Source: Candidatus Oleimmundimicrobium americanum (lineage in GTDB: Bacteria > Actinomycetota > Aquicultoria > UBA3085 > Oleimmundimicrobiaceae). Taken from it: a DNA stretch of 52,229 nucleotides. The stretch spans positions 1-52,229 of the forward strand of contig DFBH01000055.1 in NCBI GenBank assembly GCA_002366545.1, written 5' to 3'. The translations under genes were made by a program, and so were the position numbers. The stretch's first letter is position 1; each line of letters begins with the position of its first letter. The notes below the pieces were generated by a model, which saw only the letters and a list, made by a program, of their open reading frames with translations, was not told the DNA's origin and ran no database searches. Shown in pieces: positions 21,643 to 32,547 of this stretch.

Positions 21643-22679
21643 AAAAATCAAGTTCCCGGGATGTTTATTTACACGGCAACAAACCGGATGTTTTGGATGA
21701 TGATATTGTTTTAATAGGAGAGACGATACTTAAAAAAAAGGATTTTGTTTTAGCTACGCATGTTCAACCGGACGGAGACGCTATCGGATCCATTTTGGGG
21801 TTGGGCTTATTTTTAAAAAAGCTTGGCAAGAATGTCTTTTTGAGTCTGAGCCAATCTTCAAAACCCATTAAACACAAGAATTATTTACCCATTCCTCCAC
21901 AGTATGCTTTTTTACCTGGTACCGATTTGTTTTCGGACTATTTTAAATGTCCGGATGAAACAGAATGTTTCATTGCTCTCGACTGTGCCAGTTTTGAAAG
22001 AATAGGCAATTTAGGGAGCTGCGCGAAGAACGCGGGCACTTTTATCAATATTGATCATCATCAAGACAATGATAAGTTTGCTCACATAAATTTTGTTGAC
22101 GGAAATTCGCCGGCAACGACTGAGATTGTTTATCGGCTTATAAAATCCATGAACGAAAAAATAAATAAAGACATCGCGATCTGTTTATATACGGGGCTTG
22201 TTACAGATACAGGTAGATTTCAATATTCGAATACCGACAAAAGAGCTTTTCAGATGGCTTTGGAACTCTTGGGTTACGGCGTATCTCCTTCTGAAATTTT
22301 TCATAATATATATGAAAACGTCTCTTTTTCTTATTTAAAATTGCTGGGGAAAGTGCTACAAAACATTAAATTCGATTCCGGAATAATTTATGCAGTTATT
22401 TCTCAACATGATTTAATTTCGATTGGGGCCAGAGTTGAGGAAACGGAAAATTTAATTGACGTTTTAAGATCAGTTGGACAAGCTAAAATCGCGGTCATTT
22501 TAAAAGAGACAGGTGATGGGAGATGGAAGGTTAGCTTGAGGTCTAAAAATGAGATAGATGTAAGCAAGGTGGCCAAGCAGTTTGGTGGCGGCGGGCATCA
22601 TAACGCAGCTGGTTACGTTTCGGAAAAGGACAAAAAAGATACAATTGAGTTTATGTTAAAAGCCCTGAGGAGTTTATGA
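21639..22679 (+). CDS. nrnA: DHH/DHHA1 phosphoesterase (NrnA-like oligoribonuclease/pAp phosphatase)
   Basis: DGDAIGS, DHH and GGGGHHNAAG motifs. Confidence 0.88.
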   Translation: MKKSSSRDVYLHGNKPDVLDDDIVLIGETILKKKDFVLATHVQPDGDAIGSILGLGLFLKKLGKNVFLSLSQSSKPIKHKNYLPIPPQYAFLPGTDLFSDYFKCPDETECFIALDCASFERIGNLGSCAKNAGTFINIDHHQDNDKFAHINFVDGNSPATTEIVYRLIKSMNEKINKDIAICLYTGLVTDTGRFQYSNTDKRAFQMALELLGYGVSPSEIFHNIYENVSFSYLKLLGKVLQNIKFDSGIIYAVISQHDLISIGARVEETENLIDVLRSVGQAKIAVILKETGDGRWKVSLRSKNEIDVSKVAKQFGGGGHHNAAGYVSEKDKKDTIEFMLKALRSL

Positions 22680-23599
22680 GCAAAGAAGGACTTATCATTG
22701 TGAATAAACCTGCCGGCGTTACTTCTCATGATGTGGTTGCAAAGGTAAGAAGAATTCTAAAAGTAAAAAAAATTGGTCATACAGGAACGCTTGATCCGGA
22801 CGCAACAGGGGTCCTGGTTTTAATGGTTGGAAAAGCTACAAAAATTGCGCAATTTCTTCAAATTGACACTAAAGAATATCGGGCAGAAATGGTATTGGGA
22901 ATTAAAACTGACACTCAAGATGCTTCAGGGAAAGTTATTTTTAAGTCCGTATGTGATGTATCCGAAGAAGAAGTAAAACAAGCTTTAGAACATTTTAAGG
23001 GGAAAATTGTTCAAGTTCCCCCCATGGTATCAGCCATCAAAATAAACGGGGAACGTTTGTACAAGTTGGCGCGTGAAGGGAAAGTGGTTCACCGTTCTCC
23101 GCGAACAGTTGATATTTTTTATATCAATTTTTTAGGAATGACCATGGGCACCAACCCAATTGTTAATTTTGTCGTAGGGTGCTCAAAGGGGACGTATGTA
23201 AGAACACTCTGCACTGATATTGGAGATTTTCTTGGCTGCGGGGCTCATCTTGGGAAATTGATTCGAACTCGTTGCGGCGATTATAGTCTAAATGAAGCTT
23301 TGTCAATTGAACAAATTGAAAAATTAGCCGTGTCTTCGGCTATAGACGATCACTTTATCTTGATGAAAGATGCTTTGAAGAGATTTTCTTCAATAATAGT
23401 GAAAAAACCTTATGTCAGGGATATTTTAAATGGACGTTTTCTGGTAAGTAAAATGATTGAAGAGATGTCGAGTAAACTTGAGGAGGGAAATTTTGTCAAG
23501 TTGCTTGATGAGAGTCAAAATTTGCTTGCGGTATTTAAAACAGTCGATTGTTTCGAGGACGACTTGGTTGCAAAGCCGATACGAGTTTTTGCCGGGTGA
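22676..23599 (+). CDS. truB: tRNA pseudouridine(55) synthase
   Basis: GHTGTLDPDATGVL catalytic motif and a PUA-like C-terminus. Confidence 0.95.
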   Translation: MSKEGLIIVNKPAGVTSHDVVAKVRRILKVKKIGHTGTLDPDATGVLVLMVGKATKIAQFLQIDTKEYRAEMVLGIKTDTQDASGKVIFKSVCDVSEEEVKQALEHFKGKIVQVPPMVSAIKINGERLYKLAREGKVVHRSPRTVDIFYINFLGMTMGTNPIVNFVVGCSKGTYVRTLCTDIGDFLGCGAHLGKLIRTRCGDYSLNEALSIEQIEKLAVSSAIDDHFILMKDALKRFSSIIVKKPYVRDILNGRFLVSKMIEEMSSKLEEGNFVKLLDESQNLLAVFKTVDCFEDDLVAKPIRVFAG

Positions 23600-23608
23600 A
23601 ATTGCAGA

Positions 23609-24577
23609 TTGAAAACAATTTTTGGTCTTAAAAAACTAAAACCTCAAAAAAAGAAAAGTATTGTGGCCATAGGAGTATTTGATGGTGTGCATCAAGGACA
23701 CCAAAGAATAATAAAAACAGCTGTTGATGATGCTAAAAAGTTGAATGCTCAAAGTGTTGTGGTTACATTTAAACCCCATCCTCTCGGGGTGCTTATGCCG
23801 GGGAAGTATCCTCCCATACTTACAAGTTTGGATTTGAAAATCAGGCTGATCGAGCGGTTGGGTGTGGATTTAATGTTGGTGATTAATTTTACCCGAGAAT
23901 TTGCTCATATGTCTGCGCAATGTTTTATCGACGAAGTTCTTATTAAAAAACTAAATGTTCTTGAAGTTGTAGTGGGGGAAGGTTTCAGGTTTGGGAAAAA
24001 CGAAGTTGGGGATGTTAATTTTCTTCTTAACAGCGGAAGAAAAAGTGGTTTTAAGGTTAAGAGTGTCCCGCTTGTTCTCGTAGATAAAAAAGTTATAAGC
24101 AGCACCAGGATAAGAAATCTTTTAAGAAACGGTAAGATTGATGAAGCCGGCAGAATATTGGGGCATTATCCGAAATTAATGGGAAAAGTAATTCAAGGTT
24201 GCGGGCGGGGGAGGGATGTTGGGTTTTGTACGGCAAACATTGAGACCGAAGATAAAGCTTCGGTGCCATGCGAGGGAGTTTATGCCGGCTTTGTGAGGTT
24301 AAATGACAAAAAGAGAGCCTGTGTTGTTAATGTAGGCACCTGTCCTACTTTTAATATAAAAGAACCTCGAATAGAAGCGCACATAATTGATTTTAATGAG
24401 GACATTTATGGAAATAAAATTGAGATTGAAATAATTAAAAACCTTCGCGGGCAGAAGAAATTTAAAGACAAGAAGGCTCTCTCTGATCAAATTAATGAGG
24501 ATATAAAGGAAACAAAAAAGATACTGTGTGCAAAGTTTACCGAATTCAGCAAGTATGATACTATTAACCGGTTGTAA
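23609..24577 (+). CDS. ribF: Bifunctional riboflavin kinase/FAD synthetase
   Basis: GVFDGVHQGHQ nucleotidyltransferase motif plus a C-terminal riboflavin kinase region (GFCTANI). Confidence 0.94.
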   Translation: MKTIFGLKKLKPQKKKSIVAIGVFDGVHQGHQRIIKTAVDDAKKLNAQSVVVTFKPHPLGVLMPGKYPPILTSLDLKIRLIERLGVDLMLVINFTREFAHMSAQCFIDEVLIKKLNVLEVVVGEGFRFGKNEVGDVNFLLNSGRKSGFKVKSVPLVLVDKKVISSTRIRNLLRNGKIDEAGRILGHYPKLMGKVIQGCGRGRDVGFCTANIETEDKASVPCEGVYAGFVRLNDKKRACVVNVGTCPTFNIKEPRIEAHIIDFNEDIYGNKIEIEIIKNLRGQKKFKDKKALSDQINEDIKETKKILCAKFTEFSKYDTINRL

Positions 24578-24670
24578 AAAAACAAGTTGGAATCACGCCC
24601 TTGACTATGATAACGAGTCACCGACGTTAATCTTGGTTTAGGGAGCAATCATAAAGGAGGTGAAGATAGC

Positions 24671-24940
24671 ATGGCTTTGACCAATGAAAAAAAGGCAGAA
24701 ATTATTAAAGATAATGCTTTACACGAGAAAGACACCGGTTCCCCCGAAGTTCAAATTGCAATCCTCACAAAACAAATAAATGAATTAACTGAACATTTAA
24801 AAGAACACAAAAAAGATCATCATTCACGACGGGGTTTGTTAAAAATGGTTGGTCGGAGGAGAAAGTTGTTGAAATATTTAAAGGAAGTTGACGTTGAAAG
24901 GTACCGTAAAATTGTGAAAAAACTGGGCTTGCGCAGTTAG
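24671..24940 (+). CDS. rpsO: 30S ribosomal protein S15
   Basis: [12 protein letters not shown] motif. 89 aa. AGGAGG RBS. Confidence 0.97.
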   Translation: MALTNEKKAEIIKDNALHEKDTGSPEVQIAILTKQINELTEHLKEHKKDHHSRRGLLKMVGRRRKLLKYLKEVDVERYRKIVKKLGLRS

Positions 24941-24997
24941 GGCAGGCCGTTTTATTTTTTTTGCTTAATGAGACATATTTAGGAGGTTAAATATTTA

Positions 24998-27082
24998 ATG
25001 AGTGTTATAACAAAAGAATTGGATCTTGGCGGAAAGACTCTTGAGTTCCAGTTTGGTAAGGTTGCGCGTCAAGCAGATGGAGCCGTCGTTGTTAAGTGCG
25101 GAGACACTGTTGTTTTGGTTACTGTCGTTGCCTCTAAAGAATCGCGTGAAGAGTTAAATTTTCTTCCGCTTACCGTTGAAGTTGTGGAAAGGATGTATGC
25201 GGCGGGAAAGATACCGGGTGGCTTTATTAAGAGAGAAGGGCGACCAAGCGAGAGGTCCATTTTAACAGCGAGGTTAATCGATAGACCCTTAAGGCCTCTT
25301 TTCCCTGAAGGTTTTAGAAATGAGGTTCAGATAATTGCCACCGTTCTCTCTGTGGATCAGATAAATGCTCCCGATATATTTGCTTTAAATGGAGCTTCTA
25401 TTGCTTTAGCAGTTTCCGATATTACCACGGAAAAGATAGTAGCCGGAGTGAGAGTCGGACGGGTTGATGGGCGTTGGACGATAAATTCCACCTTTCAAGA
25501 GCTTGAGCATTCAGAATTGAATTTAGTTGTGGCAGGCACAAAAGATTCAATTGTTATGGTTGAAGCCGGAGCAAGAGAAGTTGATGAGGAAACTATGTTG
25601 CAGGCCTTAGAAGAAGGGCATAAGGCAATAAAGAAACTGGTTGGGTTTATTGAAGAAATTCGAGATGAGCTCGGGAAAGATAAAAGAGAGTTTTCTTTGG
25701 TTGGAGTAAACGCTGAAATAGAAGCGGAGACTCGCAAGATAGCTACTGAAAGGATTAAAAAAGAACTTTGTAATTCCGATAAATTAGCACGGGAAGAAGC
25801 CATTAAAACCACCAAAGAAGCTGTACTAAGCGAGCTATTGACGTTATTTCCTGAAAGGGAAAAGGATATTAAGAATGTTCTTAAAAAGATAGAAAAAGAA
25901 GAAGTTAGAACGATGATTTTAAACGAGGGAACTCGTCCTGACGGAAGAAAATTGGATGAGATAAGGCCAATTTCATGTGAAGTCGGGGCTCTTCCGCGAC
26001 AGCACGGCACGGGTTTATTTACCCGTGGCCAAACACAAGTTTTAAGCGTTCTTACATTAGGAACCGTGGGAGAGGTTCAACGATTGGATGGATTGGAAAT
26101 TGAGGAATCAAAAAGATTTTTACATCAATACAATTTCCCGCCGTATTCAACCGGTGAAGTATGGCGGCTTATGGGACCAAAGAGAAGAGAGATAGGACAC
26201 GGGGCTTTAGCTGAAAGAGCGTTGCTTCCAATGATACCCGATGAGTCCGAGTTTCCTTATACAATTAGAATAGTATCTGAAGTATTTGAATCAAATGGGT
26301 CGTCTTCAATGGCAAGTGTTTGCGGAAGCAGCCTTGCTCTTATGGATGCAGGGGTACCGGTGAAAGCAATGGTGTCCGGAATAGCCATGGGGTTGGTGAA
26401 AGAAGGAGATAAAGCCGCAGTTCTTAGCGACATTCAAGGTGTGGAAGACGCTTTGGGGGATATGGACTTTAAGGTCGCCGGAACTTCAAATGGGATTACT
26501 GCCTTGCAAATGGACATGAAAGCAAGCGGGGTGGCGACGGATATTTTAAGAAAAGCTCTGGAGCAGGCCAAGGAAGGACGTCTGTTTATCCTCAATAAGA
26601 TGATCTCTGTAATTTCAACACCTCGCGATGAGCTTTCGGAATTTGCTCCAAGGATAATTACCGTAAAGGTTAAGACCGATAAGATAAGGGAGATAATTGG
26701 GCCCGGAGGCAAGATGATTAGAAGCATAATCGATGAAAGCGGGGCTAATATCGATATTGAAGATGACGGGACGGTGTACATTTCTTCAATTGATAGAGAG
26801 AGCGGAGAAAAAGCTCAGCAGATGATAGAGCTTATAGTGAAAGAAGTTAAAGCGGGTGACGTTTATATGGGCACAGTTAAAAAGATTATGAACTTCGGTG
26901 CCTTTGTTGAAGTTCTTCCGGGGAAAGATGGCCTGGTTCATATTTCAAAACTTGCAAAAGAAAGAGTTCCTTCTGTAGAAGATGTAGTTAAAGTTGGGGA
27001 CAAAATTTTAGTTAAAGTTACTGAAATTGACAAGATGGGCAGAATAAATCTTTCTGCGATTGACGTGGAAGAGGGTAAATGA
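24998..27082 (+). CDS. pnp: Polyribonucleotide nucleotidyltransferase (PNPase)
   Basis: Two RNase PH domains (FKVAGT), plus KH and S1 domains. 694 aa. Confidence 0.97.
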   Translation: MSVITKELDLGGKTLEFQFGKVARQADGAVVVKCGDTVVLVTVVASKESREELNFLPLTVEVVERMYAAGKIPGGFIKREGRPSERSILTARLIDRPLRPLFPEGFRNEVQIIATVLSVDQINAPDIFALNGASIALAVSDITTEKIVAGVRVGRVDGRWTINSTFQELEHSELNLVVAGTKDSIVMVEAGAREVDEETMLQALEEGHKAIKKLVGFIEEIRDELGKDKREFSLVGVNAEIEAETRKIATERIKKELCNSDKLAREEAIKTTKEAVLSELLTLFPEREKDIKNVLKKIEKEEVRTMILNEGTRPDGRKLDEIRPISCEVGALPRQHGTGLFTRGQTQVLSVLTLGTVGEVQRLDGLEIEESKRFLHQYNFPPYSTGEVWRLMGPKRREIGHGALAERALLPMIPDESEFPYTIRIVSEVFESNGSSSMASVCGSSLALMDAGVPVKAMVSGIAMGLVKEGDKAAVLSDIQGVEDALGDMDFKVAGTSNGITALQMDMKASGVATDILRKALEQAKEGRLFILNKMISVISTPRDELSEFAPRIITVKVKTDKIREIIGPGGKMIRSIIDESGANIDIEDDGTVYISSIDRESGEKAQQMIELIVKEVKAGDVYMGTVKKIMNFGAFVEVLPGKDGLVHISKLAKERVPSVEDVVKVGDKILVKVTEIDKMGRINLSAIDVEEGK

Positions 27083-28323
27083 GTTTCGAGAGAAGTCTTC
27101 TTGATAACGGAATCGAAATTTTAACCGAATGTATGTCAAATGTTAGGTCAATTGCACTTGGATTTTGGGTAAAAACCGGCTCGAGGAATGAATCGCAGTC
27201 CATGAATGGAATGTCTCATTTTCTCGAGCATCTCTTGTTTAAGGGAACGGAAACACGGTCCGCAAAGCAGATTTCCGAGACATTTGATGGTCTTGGAGCC
27301 GAGCTGAATGCTTTTACCGGGAAAGAATACACGTGCTACTATACTCGTATCCTTGACGAGAATTTAGAAGTTGCGGTTGAAAATCTCTCAGACATGATTT
27401 CCAATCCCGCTTTTAAAGAAGACGATATTAAATCCGAGAAAGAGGTAGTCTTAGAGGAAATAAGTCTTCACGAAGATTCTCCCGATGAGCAGGTACACGA
27501 TTTGTTCGCAGAGACTTTGTGGAAAAAACATCCTTTGGGTGAAAGCATCCTTGGACATTTAGATATCGTTAAAAAGTTTGAACGCGAAGATGTAATCGGG
27601 TATTTTAAAAAACAATATACTTCGAAAAATATAATCGTAGTCGGAGCCGGTCATCTTGAGCACGAGGAGCTTTTAAAATTGGCTCAAGTTTATCTTGGAG
27701 ATATTGATGGGGATGCTTCGGTTAAGGATAAAATTGATGCAAAAGTGAAACCATGCGTTAAGATTCTGGGAAAGAAAACCGAGCAAGCTCATATTTGTTA
27801 TGGGTTTGAGGGATTGTCGGCCGGTCATAAGGATAGATTTTCCTTAAGCATTTTAGATAGTATTTTGGGTGGGGGAATGAGTTCACGTCTCTTTCAAGAA
27901 ATAAGAGAAAAACGCGGGCTTGCTTACTCAGTCTTCTCTTATCATTCTTTTTATAGAGACACAGGTTCGTTTGTGGCTTATGCGGGAACAAGGCCATCAA
28001 ATGCTGAGTTGGTTATAGAATTGATTAAGAAGGAAATAAAAGATATCGCGGAGAAAGGAATTAAAGAGAGCGAATTAAATCGCGTTAAAGGGCAAATAAA
28101 AGGACAACTGGTTTTAAGCTTAGAAAATACCGGAAACAGAATGATGAGACTCGGTAAATCCGAAATAACTCACGGGGAAATTTTGTCGCTCACTGAATTA
28201 ATAGAGCGCGTTAATGAAGTCACGTTAGAAGATGTGCAAAGGGTTGCGCAAAATATATTTTTACCGGAAAAGGCCGTGCTTACCGTGATCGGACCCTTCA
28301 ACGAAGAGGAGCTTAAAATTTAA
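27079..28323 (+). CDS. M16-family zinc peptidase (MlpA/pitrilysin-like)
   Basis: [10 protein letters not shown] (HxxEH) motif. Position after pnp, as in Bacillus. Confidence 0.9.
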   Translation: MSFERSLLDNGIEILTECMSNVRSIALGFWVKTGSRNESQSMNGMSHFLEHLLFKGTETRSAKQISETFDGLGAELNAFTGKEYTCYYTRILDENLEVAVENLSDMISNPAFKEDDIKSEKEVVLEEISLHEDSPDEQVHDLFAETLWKKHPLGESILGHLDIVKKFEREDVIGYFKKQYTSKNIIVVGAGHLEHEELLKLAQVYLGDIDGDASVKDKIDAKVKPCVKILGKKTEQAHICYGFEGLSAGHKDRFSLSILDSILGGGMSSRLFQEIREKRGLAYSVFSYHSFYRDTGSFVAYAGTRPSNAELVIELIKKEIKDIAEKGIKESELNRVKGQIKGQLVLSLENTGNRMMRLGKSEITHGEILSLTELIERVNEVTLEDVQRVAQNIFLPEKAVLTVIGPFNEEELKI

Positions 28324-28342
28324 TCAAGAGGGGATATGCTTT

Positions 28343-29137
28343 ATGACAAAGGTGCTTGTGAGTGGTGCTTGCGGAAAAATGGGATGTGAGGTTTGCAGAG
28401 CGGTTTACGAAGACCCCGAATTATCCTTAGTTGGTGTTGTTGATATATCACATATTGGGGAAGATATTGGAGAATCGGTTGGTCTCGGGAAATTAGATAT
28501 TTGCATAAAAAATGATTTAGAGGCGACTTTAAACGAACTAAAACCCGATGTGATGGTTGATTTCACAAACCCAAGTGCGGTTATGAATAATATTAAAACG
28601 GCCATAAAGTGCGGGGTTAATTCCGTTGTGGGAACAACGGGTATTACCGTTGACGGTTTAGAAGAAATCGAATCATTGCTGAAGAATAAAAATGTTAATG
28701 TCTTTATAGCTCCAAATTTTGCCATTGGTGCGGTTCTAATGATGAAATTTTGTGAGAAAGCAGTTGAATCTTTCCCCAATGTTGAGATAATTGAGCTTCA
28801 TCACGACCAGAAGGTTGATGCTCCCTCGGGGACGGCTTTAAAAACGGCTGAAATGATGTCTGCTTTACAAAAAAAAGATATTTTCGAGTTACCTGAAAAA
28901 GAAATATTAAAAGGTGCTCGCGGAGGTAAATTTAAAAACATTCGTATTCACAGTGTGCGCTTGCCGGGGTTTGTTGCCCATCAAGAGGTTATTTTCGGTT
29001 CCAAGGGGCAAACTCTGACCATACGTCATGATTCAATTGACAGAGTGTCATTTATGCCGGGTGTTGTGATGGCAATAAAACAGGTTCAAAGACGAAAAGG
29101 TTTAACCTATGGCTTAGAGAAACTTATGGATTTGTAA
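28343..29137 (+). CDS. dapB: 4-hydroxy-tetrahydrodipicolinate reductase
   Basis: ELHHDQKVDAPSGTA motif. Confidence 0.95.
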   Translation: MTKVLVSGACGKMGCEVCRAVYEDPELSLVGVVDISHIGEDIGESVGLGKLDICIKNDLEATLNELKPDVMVDFTNPSAVMNNIKTAIKCGVNSVVGTTGITVDGLEEIESLLKNKNVNVFIAPNFAIGAVLMMKFCEKAVESFPNVEIIELHHDQKVDAPSGTALKTAEMMSALQKKDIFELPEKEILKGARGGKFKNIRIHSVRLPGFVAHQEVIFGSKGQTLTIRHDSIDRVSFMPGVVMAIKQVQRRKGLTYGLEKLMDL

Positions 29138-29155
29138 ATTTGGAGGGAGAATAAA

Positions 29156-30031
29156 ATGTTTGGAGAAGTTTTAACCGCTATGGTTACTCCGTTTAAGGAG
29201 GATTTAAGCGTCGATTACGATAGGGCTCAAGAATTGGCTTCTTATCTAATTGATAATGGCTCTGACGGCATTGTTGTAACGGGAACCACGGGTGAATCAC
29301 CGACACTTTCGGATGATGAGAAAGTTAACTTGTATCAAGCGGTTAAAGAGGCAGTTGAGGGAAAGGGCTCGGTCATTGCGGGAACGGGTTATAATTGCAC
29401 ACGAGAAAGTATCCAACTCACAAAAAGAGCAGAGAACGTTGGCGTGGATGGATGCATGTTGGTAACTCCCTATTACAATAAGCCGCCTCAAAAAGGATTA
29501 TATAATCACTTTAAAACAATTGCGGAAAGCACTTCGCTACCCACAATTCTTTACAATGTTCCTTCGCGTACGGCAAGAAATCTTGAAGCCGATACGGTGA
29601 TTGCGTTATCGGAAGTTCCTAATATCGTTGGAGTTAAGGAGGCCGGTGGAAATTTTGAGCAAGTTGCAAAAATTATAAACAAAACCCCGGAAAATTTTCT
29701 TTTATATAGTGGAGACGATGCTATAACTTACCCGATACTTGCTTTGGGTGGGGATGGAGTGATAAGCGTAGCTTCGCATATTGCCGGAAGAGAAATCAAG
29801 AAGATGGTTTCGTTTTATAAAAGCGGGAACGTAAAGGATTCTTTGGGGATTCATATGCGGTTATTACCGTTTTTTAAATCGCTTTTTTTGACCACTAACC
29901 CAATAATGGTTAAGGCCGGGGTTAAGCTTATGGGAATAGAAGTTGGAGAACTTAGGCCCCCCATGGTAAGCGCGACAGAAGAGCAAGTATTAAAACTTAA
30001 GAAAGCAATGGATGAATTGGGATTATTATAA
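29156..30031 (+). CDS. dapA: 4-hydroxy-tetrahydrodipicolinate synthase
   Basis: TGTTGESPTLS motif and the GVKEA active-site Lys context. Confidence 0.95.
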   Translation: MFGEVLTAMVTPFKEDLSVDYDRAQELASYLIDNGSDGIVVTGTTGESPTLSDDEKVNLYQAVKEAVEGKGSVIAGTGYNCTRESIQLTKRAENVGVDGCMLVTPYYNKPPQKGLYNHFKTIAESTSLPTILYNVPSRTARNLEADTVIALSEVPNIVGVKEAGGNFEQVAKIINKTPENFLLYSGDDAITYPILALGGDGVISVASHIAGREIKKMVSFYKSGNVKDSLGIHMRLLPFFKSLFLTTNPIMVKAGVKLMGIEVGELRPPMVSATEEQVLKLKKAMDELGLL

Positions 30032-30040
30032 AGTTAGGAA

Positions 30041-31714
30041 ATGTGTATGTTAATGAAGAAAAAGCCAAAAACCGTTAAAATTATCCCCTTAGGTGGGCTC
30101 GGTGAAATTGGCAAAAACATGATGGTCATTGAAATTGAGAAAGATATTATTTTGGTAGATGCGGGTCTAATGTTTCCGGAGGAGGAAATGTTGGGCATTG
30201 ATTTGGTTCTCCCTGATTTTTCTTATGTTGTTGAAAATAAAGATCGTCTTAGAGCAATAATTATTACCCATGGTCATGAGGATCACACAGGGTCCTTGCC
30301 CTATCTTTTAAAAGAGGTCTCAGCTCCCCTTTATGGAACCAAGTTGACTTTGGGTCTAATTCGGGAAAAATTAAAAGAACATAGATTAAAGACTGAGCTT
30401 AGAGAAATATCTTCAAAGTCTAAATTAAAAATAGGACAATTTAGATTGAGCTTTTTTGGTGTTTGCCACAGCATACCTGATGGTCTTGGAATTATCATTG
30501 AGACTCCACTCGGCATTATCGTCCACAGCGGAGATTTTAAGCTTGATCAAACTCCTGTGGATGGTAAGGCAACGGAGTTTAAGAAACTTGCGGCCATAGG
30601 CCAAAAAAAAGTGCTTGCTTTATTATCTGATAGCACCAATGCGGAGTCGCCGGGCTACACTATTTCTGAAAAAGCGGTTGGTTCCGCTTTGCTTGAAATT
30701 TTTGAAGACTCAAAACAAAGGATAATTATTGCTACTTTTGCATCACATCTTCATCGGATACAACAAGTAATCGATGTTACCATGAAAGTAAACCGAAAAC
30801 TGGCAATTTCCGGGCGAAGTATGCTTAATAACGTTCGAATAGCTTCAGAGCTTGGTTATTTAAAAATTCCGAATGATTTAATTATTGATATTGGGGAAAT
30901 TGGGAAATATCCTTCCGACAAGGTAGTTTTGCTCTGCACGGGAAGCCAAGGGGAACCGTTATCCGCTCTTTCCAGAATATCTTCTAACGATCATAAACAA
31001 GTGAAGCTTCATCCTGGGGATACGGTAATAATATCGGCTTCGCCGATACCGGGGAATGAAAAATCAATCTCAAGGATTATTAATCAAATTTATAAGTGCG
31101 GGGCTGAGGCTTACTATGAATCGATTGCAGATGTTCATGTTTCAGGTCATGCCGCCCAAGAAGAGTTGAAACTTATGATTAATTTAGTCCAACCTGAATA
31201 TTTTATTCCAATTCATGGTGAGTTTAGGCATCTTAGGCATCACGCTAAATTGGCGAAACAGGTTGGGATTCCAAGCGAAAATGTTTTCGTTGGGAAAGAT
31301 GGGGATATAATAGAGTTTAATGAGCTCGGGGCAAATATTTCGGGAAAGGTTTCTACCGGAGATGTTTTTGTTGACGGGTTGGGAGTGGGGGATATTGGAG
31401 ACGTTGTTTTGAGAGACAGGATGCTTCTTTCGAAAGACGGAGTTTTTATTGTGGTGGTTGCGGTGAGCAAACAAGATGCGCAAATAATAGCCGGGCCGGA
31501 TGTCATTTCCCGAGGATTTATATATGTTAAGGAATCGAAAGAGCTTATTGATGAGTCAATAGCAAATGTTGAAGAGACTTTATCAAAAACTACACGGGAA
31601 GGCGTCATAGATATTTTAGTATTAAAATCGAGGATAAGAAAAGATTTAAGCAAGTTTTTATACAATAAAACCAGGCGTCGCCCAATGGTTATGCCAATAA
31701 TTATTGAAGCATAA
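30041..31714 (+). CDS. rnj: Ribonuclease J
   Basis: Metallo-beta-lactamase HGHEDHTG, a beta-CASP region and the RNase J C-terminal domain. The real start is probably one of the ATGs at 30047 or 30053. Confidence 0.94.
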   Translation: MCMLMKKKPKTVKIIPLGGLGEIGKNMMVIEIEKDIILVDAGLMFPEEEMLGIDLVLPDFSYVVENKDRLRAIIITHGHEDHTGSLPYLLKEVSAPLYGTKLTLGLIREKLKEHRLKTELREISSKSKLKIGQFRLSFFGVCHSIPDGLGIIIETPLGIIVHSGDFKLDQTPVDGKATEFKKLAAIGQKKVLALLSDSTNAESPGYTISEKAVGSALLEIFEDSKQRIIIATFASHLHRIQQVIDVTMKVNRKLAISGRSMLNNVRIASELGYLKIPNDLIIDIGEIGKYPSDKVVLLCTGSQGEPLSALSRISSNDHKQVKLHPGDTVIISASPIPGNEKSISRIINQIYKCGAEAYYESIADVHVSGHAAQEELKLMINLVQPEYFIPIHGEFRHLRHHAKLAKQVGIPSENVFVGKDGDIIEFNELGANISGKVSTGDVFVDGLGVGDIGDVVLRDRMLLSKDGVFIVVVAVSKQDAQIIAGPDVISRGFIYVKESKELIDESIANVEETLSKTTREGVIDILVLKSRIRKDLSKFLYNKTRRRPMVMPIIIEA

Positions 31715-32531
31715 GGGTGCAAAATTGAATTTTATTCAAGCTGTTGTATTAGGAATCGTACAAGGTATAACCGAATTTGCTCCAATAAGCAGTTCCGCGC
31801 ATTTAGTTTTGGTGCCTAATTTGATGGGGTGGCCCAAACCCAATATAAGCTTTGATGTGATGTTACATTTGGGTACCTTGACGGCTGTGATTTGTTTTTT
31901 TAGGAGTGAAGTCTCGGAGTTATTTACCGCTTTTTTTAGTGGCTTTAAGAAAAAAACGGTGCGGCAAAAACCGGAATACAAACTTGCTTGGTTGATAATA
32001 ATCGGCACAATCCCCGCTGTTTTTATGGGATTGCTATTTCAAGACTTTTTCGAGGGACTTTTTTCAAATCCTTTAACCGTTTCTTTGCTTTTAATAGTAA
32101 CCGGGACTTTTTTGTGGATAAGCGAAGCAGCCTCAAAAAGACTCATGGTTTTGGATGATATAGGCTTTTCTGATACTCTGATAATAGGGTTGGCTCAGGG
32201 ATGTGCCATAGCTCCCGGGATATCGCGTTCAGGGGCAACCATCGCCGCCGGCCTTTTTAGGGGTTTAAACCGAAGCTCCGCGGCAAGATTTTCGTTTTTG
32301 TTGGCGATACCAATAATTTTAGGTGCGGTTATTTTAAAAACAGGTGATTTTATTTGTTTGTGCGGAGAGCAAAAAAATATGCCTCTGTTGGCGGGTTTTT
32401 TGGCGGCTGCCGTAAGCGGATATTTGTGCATTAAGTATCTTTTGGATTATTTAAAAAAGGGAAGGCTCATGGTTTTTGCTTATTATTGTTGGTTCGTGGG
32501 CTTGGTTTTTGTTTTAATCAACATTTTTTAA
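31704..32531 (+). CDS. uppP: Undecaprenyl-diphosphate phosphatase (BacA/UppP)
   Basis: SSSAHL and PGISRSGATI motifs. A more likely start is the TTG at 31725, which follows AAGGGTG. Confidence 0.93.
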   Translation: MKHKGAKLNFIQAVVLGIVQGITEFAPISSSAHLVLVPNLMGWPKPNISFDVMLHLGTLTAVICFFRSEVSELFTAFFSGFKKKTVRQKPEYKLAWLIIIGTIPAVFMGLLFQDFFEGLFSNPLTVSLLLIVTGTFLWISEAASKRLMVLDDIGFSDTLIIGLAQGCAIAPGISRSGATIAAGLFRGLNRSSAARFSFLLAIPIILGAVILKTGDFICLCGEQKNMPLLAGFLAAAVSGYLCIKYLLDYLKKGRLMVFAYYCWFVGLVFVLINIF

Positions 32532-32547
32532 TATTTCAGAGGAAAAT